Positions 51,351 through 63,869 of a stretch of DNA of 64,000 nucleotides are shown here, piece after piece. Both the position numbers and the translations under genes were made by a program. Below the pieces are notes generated by a model. It was not told the origin of the DNA and did not search any database. It saw only the letters and a program-made list of their open reading frames with translations. Origin of the DNA: Mizuhopecten yessoensis (taxonomy: Eukaryota); assembly GCF_002113885.1 (NCBI RefSeq), contig NW_018404696.1, positions 284,651 to 348,650 on the forward strand. Direction: 5' to 3'. The first letter of the stretch is position 1. Every line of letters begins with the position of its first letter.

Positions 51351-51437
51351 ATGGGAAACACAGTAACTCACTGTGGAGGGAAAAGGTCCAAGAAAAGGAA
51401 GAAGAAAGATACTAAACAGAACAACAATGAGAAAAAG
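51351..51437 (+). CDS. Putative alternative first coding exon, MGNTVTHCGGKRSKKRKKKDTKQNNNEKK (myristoylation/palmitoylation/polybasic signal)
   Basis: Kozak ataATGG; 29 codons; AAG|gtaaat phase-0 donor compatible with the acceptor at 63615; M-G-x-x-x-T consensus, Cys8, KRSKKRKKK. Confidence 0.62.
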
Positions 51438-51512
51438 GTAAATTTTAATTATCTGTTATTGTTACTCAAGTTTTTCTTCATCCTCACACAATTAATATCC
51501 TCCATCAGTATT

Positions 51513-51625
51513 GCTGACTGTGGACATTGATACTTTCAGTACGGCTGCTGACTGTGGACATTGATACTTTCAGTACGGCTGCTGACTGTGGACATTGATA
51601 TTTTCAGTACGGCTGCTGACTATGT
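51513..51625. repeat. 34-bp tandem repeat, about 3.3 copies
   Basis: gctgactgtggacattgatactttcagtacggct. Confidence 0.9.
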
Positions 51626-53403
51626 GGACTGAAATAACATTATTTCAACAAGATGATCTTAACCTATATTTTCAAAGTTTGGTTAACTGTGAAATCCTGA
51701 AATACCCGTTCTGTTATGATAGATAGTCTGTTGGTGCTGTGTTTTTATGTCAGCTAGACTTACCCCAGGTCACACGTAGTAATCAGATGATTCTGTTGGT
51801 AGATTATACTTACCTGAGTGGTAGTTTATCCTAATCTTCAGGATTAATTAGTACAAAGGCGAATTTTTCAAGTGTTAACAATGCATTTGATACATTCAGA
51901 TTCATGCTAACAGGAAATAAAGATTAATAGAAATTGAGAGAGCCCCCTTCACTCCCTTTTATATCCCTTACCCCAATGATTGCAGTGTTATTGTTGTGCT
52001 TTTAGAATTATCCATATTTGAAAATCCATTTAATTGCTAAAAAAAGGAGGAAAGAAACAGACAAATGATTACACTGTCCTAGGTCTATAGTGCGGTAGGC
52101 TCGTGTGTTATAACATTGCTGAAGTTTCATGTTAGTTTATATCTATCTGGGGTGAGACAGAAAAATGTTTCTCTGGCTGGAACTGTCAATATCTCTGTCT
52201 GGTGGGGGAGAAAGTCACATCTGCACAATTTTATTAGGACTGATGAGGTAATTATTTGGTGGTTACCAATTCTCGCTAAGTCAGTTGTTAAATAAGGGAC
52301 AGGTGATGGTCATCTAACAGTTGGGATTAATTAGTACAGGTAATCTTTGTTCCTGTATAAATCATTTAACAGAACTGTTACCCTGGTAAGGTACAAACTG
52401 TTGGGTGAACGTTGGCTTTATTAATTTGTACAGGTAAGACGTTTTCAGATAGAACAGGTTGGTTTACCTATAGGGCGGCAGGTACCAATTGTTTGATGTT
52501 TGGTTTCCTTAATTATCCCCATATACTATAAAGTGCAGCTTTTACACCTGCAGCAGTCATGTGTATATCATAATGTGTGTACAAAGACTGTCTAAATATT
52601 TAATGAGCACCCCAAGATCATCTGTACGGCAATAATGTCAATAAGCTTTCGACAGAAGTTACCGCTTTATCACTCAATTTTCTAATTTCAAATTCCCCGT
52701 AAGTTAAGGGAAATGTGTACCTTACCTACCTTAGTATGTTGTGGTACAAAGTGGACAGTCCCTGCAATATGAATTTATCAGAGGAAGTGGCAGAGAAGTG
52801 CTTGTTAGACTGTTGATTTTTTCACCATGATTTTGCTTTATATTTACAAATATATCTTTGGATGTAACTTTCTGTAAGGTTGATAAGTATCCATTACAGC
52901 ATGATTGTGACAGACTTCGGTCACAGAACTGAATATCATCCTTTGTACATGCATTGACAATATCCTTTAAGGTAAAGAGTACCACTACATCAGCCAGTAT
53001 CCTTTAAGGTAAAGAGTACCTCTAAATCAGTTTTAATCACAGAAGAGTTCTACTCATATTTTTACTGACTTGGAGTAATCTCCCCTCTATATAAAAGATG
53101 AGTAACCTAAAGGAGAGTAACTTCCCCTGTCAAATTATCCGTAGGCTTTGTGGCTATAAATTGGACACCGATTTTGATGCTGTGCTTGTGTAATTCTTGT
53201 ATGGCAACATTGGTTAAGTGTAGGCTTTGTATGTAAAGGTTACCCGTCAGTTTGAACCTTGCAATTTTTTTATTTTTTTTTTAAATTTTTTTCCCCCCCT
53301 TAAATTTCAAACAGACATGATTCTGTCAAATGCATGGCAACATGTGATTTTTATGAAAAATTCTCTTGAAAATGTCTGAAACAAATATTTTACCACAGAG
53401 ACA

Positions 53404-53521
53404 TTGGTGGTGATGATATAGTGTTAAGTCGTTGGTGGTGATGATATAGTGTTAAGTCGTTGGTGGTGATGATATAATGTTAAGTCGTTGGTGGTGATGA
53501 TATAGTGTTAAGTCGTTGGTG
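53404..53521. repeat. 28-bp tandem repeat x4
   Basis: ttggtggtgatgatatagtgttaagtcg. Confidence 0.92.
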
Positions 53522-56500
53522 CCCTTTATCTGTATTGGCTGAAACAGTGGTCTGCCATAAGGTACAGAATTAAATAGTCCACCAGTTCGAAAATAACAGA
53601 GAATCTGTCAGTATAATTAATGAATACTTAAAGTTAGGTATAAATCGAAAATAACTGAGTAAGCTCAAATCTTCCAATTTCAAATATTTGTGTTCAACTT
53701 CAGAATTTAAAGAAAAGTACATCATAGTGAAATCTAGCCCATGGAATAAGGATGTAAATGTTTGAGGACTCACTGTTACTGAATGTGTAATTAAGTGAGC
53801 AATAACTTCACACAACAAAGAGTTCCACTGACCCTGATGTAATTATATAGATAGGCCGAGGTCCTGTATGGAGGCTCCACATCCAAATAGCCCACCTGGA
53901 CATCACCTGTAATGTTTGTAAACTGTTATTAGATCAACAGTAGACATTGAACATGTAAGTCCAGTAAACAGCATAGAATTTCATTGTAATACAGATTGTC
54001 TGTAAAACTGAAATACAGATAAGTGTGGGTTTTATGGAACTATAAATGGGTTGTTTTACCCTTCAGTGAGCAAACGTTAACATCCTTCAATACTTATTAT
54101 TGAGGAGGAGAAGTGGTTGACTTTAACAGCCCATGTCCAGAAACATTCACCTACTAACTGGTCCCATACATTAAAATCACATGAAACATTTGTAATTACC
54201 AATTAACATATTTGCATGTTTGTAAATTCAAATATTCAGTAAACTGTTTACCAAGAAATGTTCACTGCAGTTTAACTTAATTCCACTTCTTCTGCGCTCC
54301 ATAATGAGGGCGAATTTATCATGACAAGAAATAAGGTTAAACAAGCATATATCCTGATGAATATTCTAGTGACACAATTTATATTAATTTAACTGCTTTG
54401 ACAACAAAATCAATAATAATATATCTCTCACCTTCACTGAAAATAGACCTTTTGTAAACCTTTCTTTTTTGTATCTACAGCAGCATGCATTATTGAACGT
54501 GTTTGCTGAGAGATTTGAAAACACTTGTATTTTACTGACTTTACTATAATGAATGGTAAAATAACCCTGACCTCCTTTTTGTATCACCTACAAAGCAGAG
54601 AGGTGACATGTAGGAAACCTCCATAATCTTTGACAAAACAAATGGTTTCCATGCCGTTACCTTTAACGATTTTCAGGAATTTACATGATCAATTACCTGC
54701 TCAAGTTTGATTTTAATCCCAAATCTGAAAAATCAACATGGCTGTCAGTGGCCTTTTGGGGTACAGACAGTCTGAAATGTATTATTGTTAGAAAGATTTA
54801 ATAGCAAAATTTGTTCTCTGCAAATTTCATGAGAAATATTTTTGGTATTTCATTGTTAGTTCATTTATTCATTTCCCAGGTAATTGTAATGGTCAGTAAT
54901 AACAAGTGTTGGCTTCCTCTGACAGCACAGAACATGTTATATGGCTGGGTGCTTTCTCTTCTGAATGGTTCATAATATACATTCGTTCATTAAATGTATT
55001 GAAAACCAAATGAGATAATAAATTACTGAACATGTTAAACACTCTGGACATGCCTGGTAAATGTTAACTTTATGTAAATGATGGTCATGGTCAATGGGAT
55101 GTGTCATTAGCTAGATCTGTTGTCCGTGGTTCAGTCTGTCTAGCTAGATCATCCCCCAGGTGTAGTACATGTACATGTGTATGTATTCCATTAGACATTG
55201 ACCCGCCAATAACCCGTTTCTGGTAGAGGTAAAACAGGCGTCAAACATAAGTAAAAATCACTACCAACGTTCTCAGGGATGTGCTTAGGAAAATACCTTT
55301 AAAATAAAACAAAAAACTTAAACAGTCATATTCTATACATACATTGTAGAAACAGGTATTGAAGGAGGAGGGAGTGAAAAACAGCTGTCAGGGACCATGG
55401 GATTTAGATTTTGGTGATCATCAGTCAAGGTTAAAAGGTTAAAGTCATACACAATCTCTGACGATGGAGGAGGAGGGGGAGGGGTATAGCTATATATGTG
55501 GGCCCAAGCTCACTTTGTTGTATTTTTTACTTCAATACATGTACAGGTACATCGGTCACCTGACTTTTACTGGTAGAGAAATTGCCTGTATAACTGTTAG
55601 ACTTAAAAGGATAGCTCAGTACATAATGTTCACCACACTCCAAAATCATGTGTTTTTGTATATGCATACTTACAGTGTGTACCTCTGTGTGCTGTTTACT
55701 TAATACATAGCTGGTACATGTATATCTAACAAAACAAATTGAAGATTTAAGGACATGATAATGCATAACTTAACCCACAAATCCTTATCTTATACTATTT
55801 AAATCAAAACAGACGTTGACTGGAGAGTTCCATATATCGTTATTAGCAGGACATAATATCTCTGAGTCATATCATAGCTACACTTGTTACACAGCAGAAA
55901 TTAGCTGGTATTTGTAACTTTCATCTGAGAGTGAGGTCATTGGTGTATATGGTTATTATACATCTGGTACAAAGTTATTTTGTACCATTTAAACTTCAAA
56001 ACGTGATATTCAGTTGCTCATTGTGGTAAAATGGTATTTGATTACTGGGATTGATTAGTATTGTTAGAAAAGTATCATAGACTTGTATTCATATGTAAAC
56101 ATGAGAACCCAACAGTTCAATTGTTGGTGAAAAAAGTAAAAGTGATATAATTTTGGATATCATTATCAATTACAATTTTGAATTCCCATTAAGTATGTAC
56201 AGTTCAAAAGGTTAAGGATAAGAACACCTTTATACTTTTGTAGCATTTGTTTTTGTGAACTTTTACATGGAACAGAAGGTGGAGAATGTTTAAAGTACAT
56301 TTTCGTGTATAATGGTCAATAGAGAATGTCTGAAATACAAAACAGGTTTTGAAAAGTGTAAGTTCTAGACCAAATAAACTTTCAGTATAGATTCATCTTC
56401 AGCAGATTCCAAACATCAGATGCTGTGTAGGTCCTGCTCTGTTTGGACCAGCAATGTGACGTTTCTGTGTTTTACACTGATGCTCCAACTCATTGCTGTT

Positions 56501-56735
56501 GATGGTATGATGGGGGACAGGCCAGACATGAAACCCCAAGGAATTCCTCTCTCCCTTGATTGTATAAGTGTAATAGCAACAGCAGTAAACTAGTGTCAAT
56601 TTGAGGTTCAAGAGATATTGGACCTAGGGCTTGTACCAACATATATAGAGCACAGAATTCTCTATAAATCAAGGCTTATCAACCTTTGTATGACTGGTCC
56701 AACTTTGCGTTTAATTGATAAACATTGTATAGATA

Positions 56736-57670
56736 CAGAATGATTTCAGTGTCCTAGAGGTCTATAGAATGATTTCAGTGTACTAGAGTTCGATAGGATG
56801 ATTTCAGTGTCCTAGAGGTCTATAGGATGATTTCAGTGCCCTAGAGGTCTATAGAATGATTTCAGTGCCCTAGAGGTCTATAAAATGATTTCAGTGTCCT
56901 AAAGGTCTATAGAATGATTTCAGTGCCCTAGAGGTCTATAGAATGATTTCAGTGTCCTAGAGGTCTATAGGATGATTTCAGTGTCCTAGAGGTCTATAGA
57001 ATGATTTCAGTGCCCTAGAGGTCTATAGAATGATTTCAGTGCCCTAGAGGTCTATAGAATGATTTCAGTGTCCTAGAGGTCTATAGAATGATTTCAGTGT
57101 CCTAGAGGTCTATAGAATGATTTCAGTGCCCTAGAGGTCTATAGAATGATTTCAGTGCCCTAGAGGTCTATAGAATGATTTCAGTGTCCTAGAGGTCTAT
57201 AGAATGATTTCAGTGTCCTAGAGGTCTATAGAATGATTTCAGTGCCCTAGAGGTCTATAGAATGATTTCAGTGCCGTAGAGGTTTATAGAATGATTTCAG
57301 TGTCCTAGAGGTCTATAGGATGATTTCAGTGTCCTAGAGGTTATATAGAATGATTTCAGTGCCCTAGAAGTCTAGAGAATGATTTCAGTGCCCTAGAGGT
57401 CTAGAGAATGATTGCAGTGTCCTAGGGGTCTAGAGAATGATTTCAGTGCCCTAGAGGTCTATAGAATGATTTCAGTGTCCTAGAGGTCTATAGAATGATT
57501 TCAGTGCCCTAGAGGTCTAGAGAATGATTTCAGTGCCCTAGAGGTCTAGAGAATGATTTCAGTGCCCTAGAGGTCTAGAGAATGATTTCAGTGTCCTAGA
57601 GGTCTATAGAATAATTTCAGTGCCCTAGGGGTCTAGAGAATTATTTCAGTGCCCTAGAGGTCTAGAGAAT
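56736..57670. repeat. 29-bp minisatellite (AGAATGATTTCAGTG(T/C)CCTAGAGGTCTAT)n
   Basis: About 32 copies. Confidence 0.97.
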
Positions 57671-60134
57671 GTTTTTTTCCCTTTTCTATTAAACACTGCA
57701 ATCGGTGTACATATGAACAATGTAAGAACAGTTTAACTTTATGAAGTTTTGCCTTTTGGTTTGAAAAACATTTTTCTAAATTGTGAAACGTTAATTGCAA
57801 CAAGGTCATCAAGAAGTAACGAAGGTCAGTGGCATAGGACTTAAAATGTCTGAAAGCAGAGGAGATTGATCTTTTACAATTTCAACAAGCTATAAAGTAC
57901 TGATGGAAATACTCAGCCGTAATTTAACGTCTGTTGAGCTATTTTGATTCGGTTAGTTTAAATCAACTTCAGTTATGAGTAAATAATCCAAAACTATGAT
58001 AACAAAGGAAATCAAATATTTAAGGAAATATGAGGAATGTGGTTAAGTTTTACCGGTGGAGTATATAGACAGGGATAAGGGGCAGTGAGATTATCACAGG
58101 AGATTTACACACGTCTCACTGGTTCTACTCTTAAAAACAGGTTTATCAATGGGAAGTATTCACCTCGTATCGGGGAAAAACAATATCCTAAGTACAAGTA
58201 AATCTTTCATATCTAATTGTTCCTTAAATCCAACCTGATAGCTACTAATATACACAAGGAGCTTATTAATCAGAGACGGGTGTTGGCATTAATCCAGCAT
58301 TATTGTACAGTTTTCTGTGGTGCTGGTTGATAGAGACAGTCTGGTCAGCTTGGAATAGTTGTAATAGAAATAGGTACCTAGGTTTGAAACTGTTAAAGGA
58401 ATTATACATGAGGATTCAAAATATCCCTGAGGCAGCAGCATAGAAAATGTTCCTATTTTCTTTAAGATTGAAAACAAAACAAAAACTTCTTGGTGGTTGA
58501 GACACCATGTTCAGTATTGAAGGTGAAGCAATTTGATTCCAGTTAAACGTACTGGTAGACAGACTGGTAAGACGCCATAACAATATATCTATACACTATT
58601 GTGTTATATGTTCTTAGACTGTAATATAGTTTATACAAGAAAACAAATCTCACGGAAAATGTATTTGACTAAGCAAAATAAATGTAAAATGTCTATCACA
58701 ACAGTGTCATTGAAATCCTGTGGTGGTGTTGTCCTTATGGTGTCACTTTCTCTATTACAGCAGTGTTGTGAACATTCTATCTTGTGTGGAAATGTCACTT
58801 TAAGATTAAATTTTCATTTACTTCATAAACAAACCCTGAGTATGGAGACATCATGTCCATTTGTTTATCCTTTTGCTGACCGCCCAAATGTGTGAAGTTT
58901 AAATATACATTTTACGTAACTGACCTCCATCAGTGTTCAGGCCAATTTTTCTGGTCAAGCTTTAATTTATACCTATAGTTTTTATTGACTGACCACATTC
59001 CGTAGTATTTGAGTGAATTCCCTGGCCCCTATACTACACACTGATATAGGTAAGCCTCTGTATTGTACCCACTGTGGCTCTGAAGACTAAGCACTTCTCC
59101 TTATGCGATTATTTCTTATATTTGAATTTAAACAAACAAATCCATTGTGGTCAGATTGAAAAGAAAAAATATGAAATGAATACTTCACTGAGCTGGTTTT
59201 TCAGTCCTATCCTTAGAGATCAGCAGTTACCAGTACTCTGTGTATACAGTGCAGTGGTGATTTCACCAAACTTTGTCAAGTTAGGTGAGGATTGAAGATG
59301 GGCATGATATATAGATATTACTAAGTTAGAGACATTTTTTATGTTCCTCAAAGCACGGAACATCAATGCCACAAGTTAACCTGGTCGGAAGCTGTAAGTG
59401 TAGTGTACCATGTAAATTCTACTACTGACACCACCAACGACAAATCAGAAACATCCCCTTGAGCAGGTTTCCCCCCTCAGCCTTCATGTAAGGTTGATCA
59501 AATGTAAGTCCTATGGCCATGGGATCTACCTCTTACGATGACTGGCTCCGAGTAATCTGATCTTCTCAGTTCTATAGGAAACTGTTTTAAGCTAAAAATG
59601 TTTGCATCATTATTTATATTTGATAAATCATTGAAATAGTAAGTACATGTTGTTGGATTAGTTCAACTGAATCATAAATGTTATTCTTATACATATTGAT
59701 GTAGAGGAATTTAACGCGAGCCGTATAATTAAATAATGTACTGCTGCTTCGCTAAAGTCGACTAATATATGTATGTAGAATGTTGAAGAAATGTGCATCA
59801 GGGTTTCAATAAAGATAGTGAATTCATGTATAAAATTGTATCCGGAGGCATGCTACCCAGGTATTGGTGTAACTTGTCTGAGTGGGTGGATATTGATTGC
59901 AGTAGATGTACCTGTAATGTATCATTAATTAAAATGTAATACTTATCTGAGAACTCCATCGGTGAACAGCTAATAGACTGAAAGGATCATAGCAGCCAGG
60001 AACTAACATGCTGTGTATTAATTAAGTCGCACTAAGGAGGTTTGACATATCAATATCTTATTGATTATGCAGGAAAAAAATCTATAGTTTCTTAAAATTT
60101 GTGATGCAACATTCTTACAACAAAATACAGGTAC

Positions 60135-61203
60135 ACAATGTTTTCTCAACAGGGGAATCAAACCATAAATTTTCTACAGGGACATCAAACCATATATTAT
60201 CTACAGGGACATCAAACCATATATTATCTACAAGGGAATAAAACAATGTTTTCTCAACAGGGGAATCGAACAATGTATTATCTACAGGGACATTAACAAT
60301 GTATTCTCTACAGGGACATCAAACAATGTATTATCTACCGGGACATCAAACAATGTATTATCAACAGGGACATCAAACAATGTATTGTCTACAGGGACAT
60401 CAAACAATGTACTATCTACAGGGACATCAAACAATGTATTTACTACAGGGAAAGCAAACAATGTATTTTCTACAGGGGCATCAAACAATGTATTCTCTAC
60501 AGGGACTTCAAACATTGTATTATTGACAGGGACATCAAACAATGTATTTACTACAGGGAAAGCAAACAATGTATTTTCTACAGGGACATCAATCAATGTA
60601 TTTTCTACAGGGAAATCAAACAATGTATTTTCTACAGAGAAATCAAACAATGTATTTTCTACAGAGAAATCAAACAATGTATTTTCTACAGGGGCATCAA
60701 ACAATGTATTCTCTACAGGAACATCAAACAATGTATTATCCACAGGGACATCAAACAATGTATTCTCTACGGGGACATTAAACAATGTATTCTCTACGGG
60801 GACATTAAACAATGTATTCTCTACAGGGAAATTAAACAATGTATTCTCTACAGGAACATCAAACAATGTATTATCCACAGGGACATCAAACAATGTATTT
60901 TCTACAGAGAAATCAAACAATGTATTTTCTACACGGAAATCAACCAATGTATTCTCTACAGGGACATCAAACAATTTATTCTCTACAGGGACATCAAACA
61001 ATTTATTCTCTACAGGGACATCAAACAATTTATTCTCTACAGGGACATCAAACAATGTATTCTCTACAGGGACATCAATCAATGTATTTTCTACAGGGAA
61101 ATCAAACAATGTATTATCTACAGGGAAATCAAACAATGTATTTTCTACAGGGACATCAATCAATGTATTATCTACAGGGACATTAAACAATGTATTCTCT
61201 ACA
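60135..61203. repeat. 27-bp minisatellite (CTACAGGGACATCAAACAATGTATTCT)n
   Basis: About 39 copies; accounts for ORFs 60282-61394. Confidence 0.96.
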
Positions 61204-61402
61204 GATAAACTTATGTTATATATCACAGATAAACTTATGTGATATATCACAGATGAACTTATGTGATATATCACAGATAAACTTATGTTATATATCACAG
61301 ATAAACTTATGTGATATATCACAGATAAACTTAAGTTATATATCACAGATAAACTTATGTTATATATCACAGATAAACTTATGTTATATATCACAGATAA
61401 AC
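61200..61402. repeat. 24-bp minisatellite (TCACAGATAAACTTATGTTATATA)n fused to the preceding array
   Basis: About 8 copies; the junction shares ACAG. Confidence 0.94.
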
Positions 61403-61964
61403 CTTGGTAATATTCGTAGATTCCCAGCTATTATAAATCCATGACTGACTTTAGCTTCCGACCCTAATGAATATTCATGATGTAAAATAAATCAACCAAG
61501 TTCCTTTGTATGGGATTATGAGATATTGATGATTCTAACAATATTTCTGGTTCACCTGGTATGTATACACCTGTATGTTATTACATTGAGTAGGTATCTG
61601 TTTGTGTCTGTGTACTGGACAATTGATCAATTTATACTGGTCGCTAGGACCAGGTATACCTTATGTAACAGTGTTTCATTGAGTCTCCATGTTAAGTTTA
61701 CCTATATATTCCTCATGATGATGTTCTGACAGTTATATCAGCCCTTAATTTGTAATACCTGTAATACAAACATGTCACGTACGTGTCACCCCACCACTAA
61801 CCCTGTAACATCAACATGTCCCCCCACCTTAGCTCATTCGAATTCATACCTGAACTTTCATAATGAACTATTCCAACCTTTGAATTGGAGGAATTCAAAA
61901 GTATCTTCAGGGGTAAATGAGTTCACCTATCACATCAATATGTCCCCCTGCATTTATATATATA

Positions 61965-62345
61965 TATACCCTGTAACATCATCATGTCACCCTGAGTTAA
62001 CCCTGTAACATCATCATGTCGCCCTGAGTTAACCCTGTAACATCGACATGCCCTCTACATTAACCCTGTAACATCGACATGCCCCCTATGTTTACCCTGT
62101 AACATCGACATGCCCCCTATGTTTACCCTGTAACATCGCCGTGCCCTCTACATTAACCCTGTAACATGGCCGTGCCCTCTACATTAACCCTGTAACATCG
62201 CCGTGCCCTCTACATTAACCCTGTAACATCGCCGTGGCCTCTACATCAACCCTGTAACATCGACATGCCCCCTATGTTTACCCTGTAACATCGACATGCC
62301 CCCTATGTTTACCCTGTAACATCGACATGCCCCCTATATTAACTA
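61965..62345. repeat. 31-bp minisatellite (ACCCTGTAACATCGACATGCCCCCTATGTTT)n
   Basis: About 12 copies. Confidence 0.93.
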
Positions 62346-63397
62346 TGTTGTATTGTAAAGTGTACTGTAGTTACACAAATGGGTTGGTTCACTACTTAAT
62401 TAATTCACTATTTATAGGATGTAAGATAAAGGTAGACATTAGATAATATCACACTCTGGGGATCCATTGAGCATGAAATTAGCGTGTTGTCCCTCAATCA
62501 AAGGTCAAGTAGGTCGCTGGGGTGGTATATATCTCAATTAAACGGCTCCACTGTAACACTGACAGGTAATCGTTGACAGCCATGCCTCACAAGCTTAATG
62601 TATTCCACATACCTCTTCATGTTTCTAGATTACAACCCAATGGTATCATTTCAGAGTCAGGTACCCCGCTATTAAAAGGCTGTAGGTGCCTGATTTCCTG
62701 TTTGGCTCTATCTGTTGGAGTAGTAACCTGACAATGGATGCCCATTCACCTGTGTCAAACTCACAAATTGGCTGTCACTGCTCACCTGTAGCTGTGTAAA
62801 CAAGGAAATAAAATCTATTTGTGGTTTCTCAGTTTGATTAATAACATTGTATTGAGACTTCAATGTTATATCTACCTGTTTCAATATGCTATCTATCGAG
62901 TTTGATTTGAAAATTTCTTACCTAAATGTACCTGGCTTGCCTTTGTACGTTGAAATCCATTGGTGAGGCGTACCTATATACCAGTATGTTTGAACTTGAT
63001 AACGACTTTCTTACGCTCATTTTAGAACCTATCTGATTTCAATTTCATTCCAAACAAGTCACTTCCATTGCTGTACCTCTCATTCTACTGCTTTATAAAG
63101 TTAATAAATGACTCACTTTTGAGTTTATTTCTTTTTCTGTCTTATTGAAGGTATTGTGTTGTTCTGCCTTTCTGTCTTTTTGAAGGTATTGAGTTGTTCT
63201 GTCGTTCTGTCTTATTGTGTTTATGTGTTCCACGAGTCATTGAGGGTGTAACATAACAGAAAGATATTACCATATCTCCAGCTGCTAAATTGCCTGTGAG
63301 GATTTTCATTGGTTTGAATCAATTGACATTGCCTGAATAACATACAGCATAGATTTCCGACCTCCTGTACATTGATTGTCATAGATACATTGTCAGG

Positions 63398-63520
63398 GGA
63401 GGGGGCTCCTGTAGATACATGGGGTCAGGGGTCAGAGGTGATCAGGGATCCTCTACCTGGAGGGGGCTCCTGTAGATACATGGGGTCAGGGGTCAGAGGT
63501 GATCAGGGATCCTCTACCTA
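63398..63520. repeat. About 61-bp tandem duplication
   Basis: gggggctcctgtagatacatggggtcaggggtcagaggtgatcagggatcctctacct x2. Confidence 0.9.
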
Positions 63521-63614
63521 CCAAGTCCTCTGACAATAAGCAATACTAAAAGATTATGTAGAAAATTGTCTCATTCATAATTGTTATTACATTACATGTG
63601 TTTTATTTTTTTAG

Positions 63615-63733
63615 AACCTGTCTGATCAACTTGACCTCCGGCGTGATGCTGTGGATGGACTGCGGACAAAATCGGGTGATACACTCAAACGTGTCAGCCA
63701 AGCCGACCGTGAACTGGTGGAGGGACAAATCAA
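63615..63733 (+). CDS. SYNE1: Nesprin-like exon Q (NLSDQLDLRRDAVDGLRTKSGDTLKRVSQADRELVEGQI...), resuming the spectrin repeat after a 41.2-kb intron
   Basis: Strong acceptor ttttattttttttag|AAC, phase 0; helix B-C sequence that completes the repeat left open at exon O; probable donor AA|gttagt (phase 2). Not in the + strand ORF track. Confidence 0.78.
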
Positions 63734-63869
63734 GTTAGTTTTACCTACTGCTGAAATGATGTAAACTGTACAAATGAATACAGTGGAACATTGTTTATCA
63801 GAACTCCAATGAGCTGACAAACACTTCAAAAATATAGAATACTGGATTGCTGAAATCAGAGCTGATACA

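Noticed and set aside
31134-57670. CRISPR-like regular repeats
   Set aside because: Head-to-tail repeats with no unique spacers, no cas genes, and a spliced eukaryotic context.
60282-61444. 370-aa and 285-aa repeat ORFs
   Set aside because: 27- and 24-bp arrays without stops on either strand.
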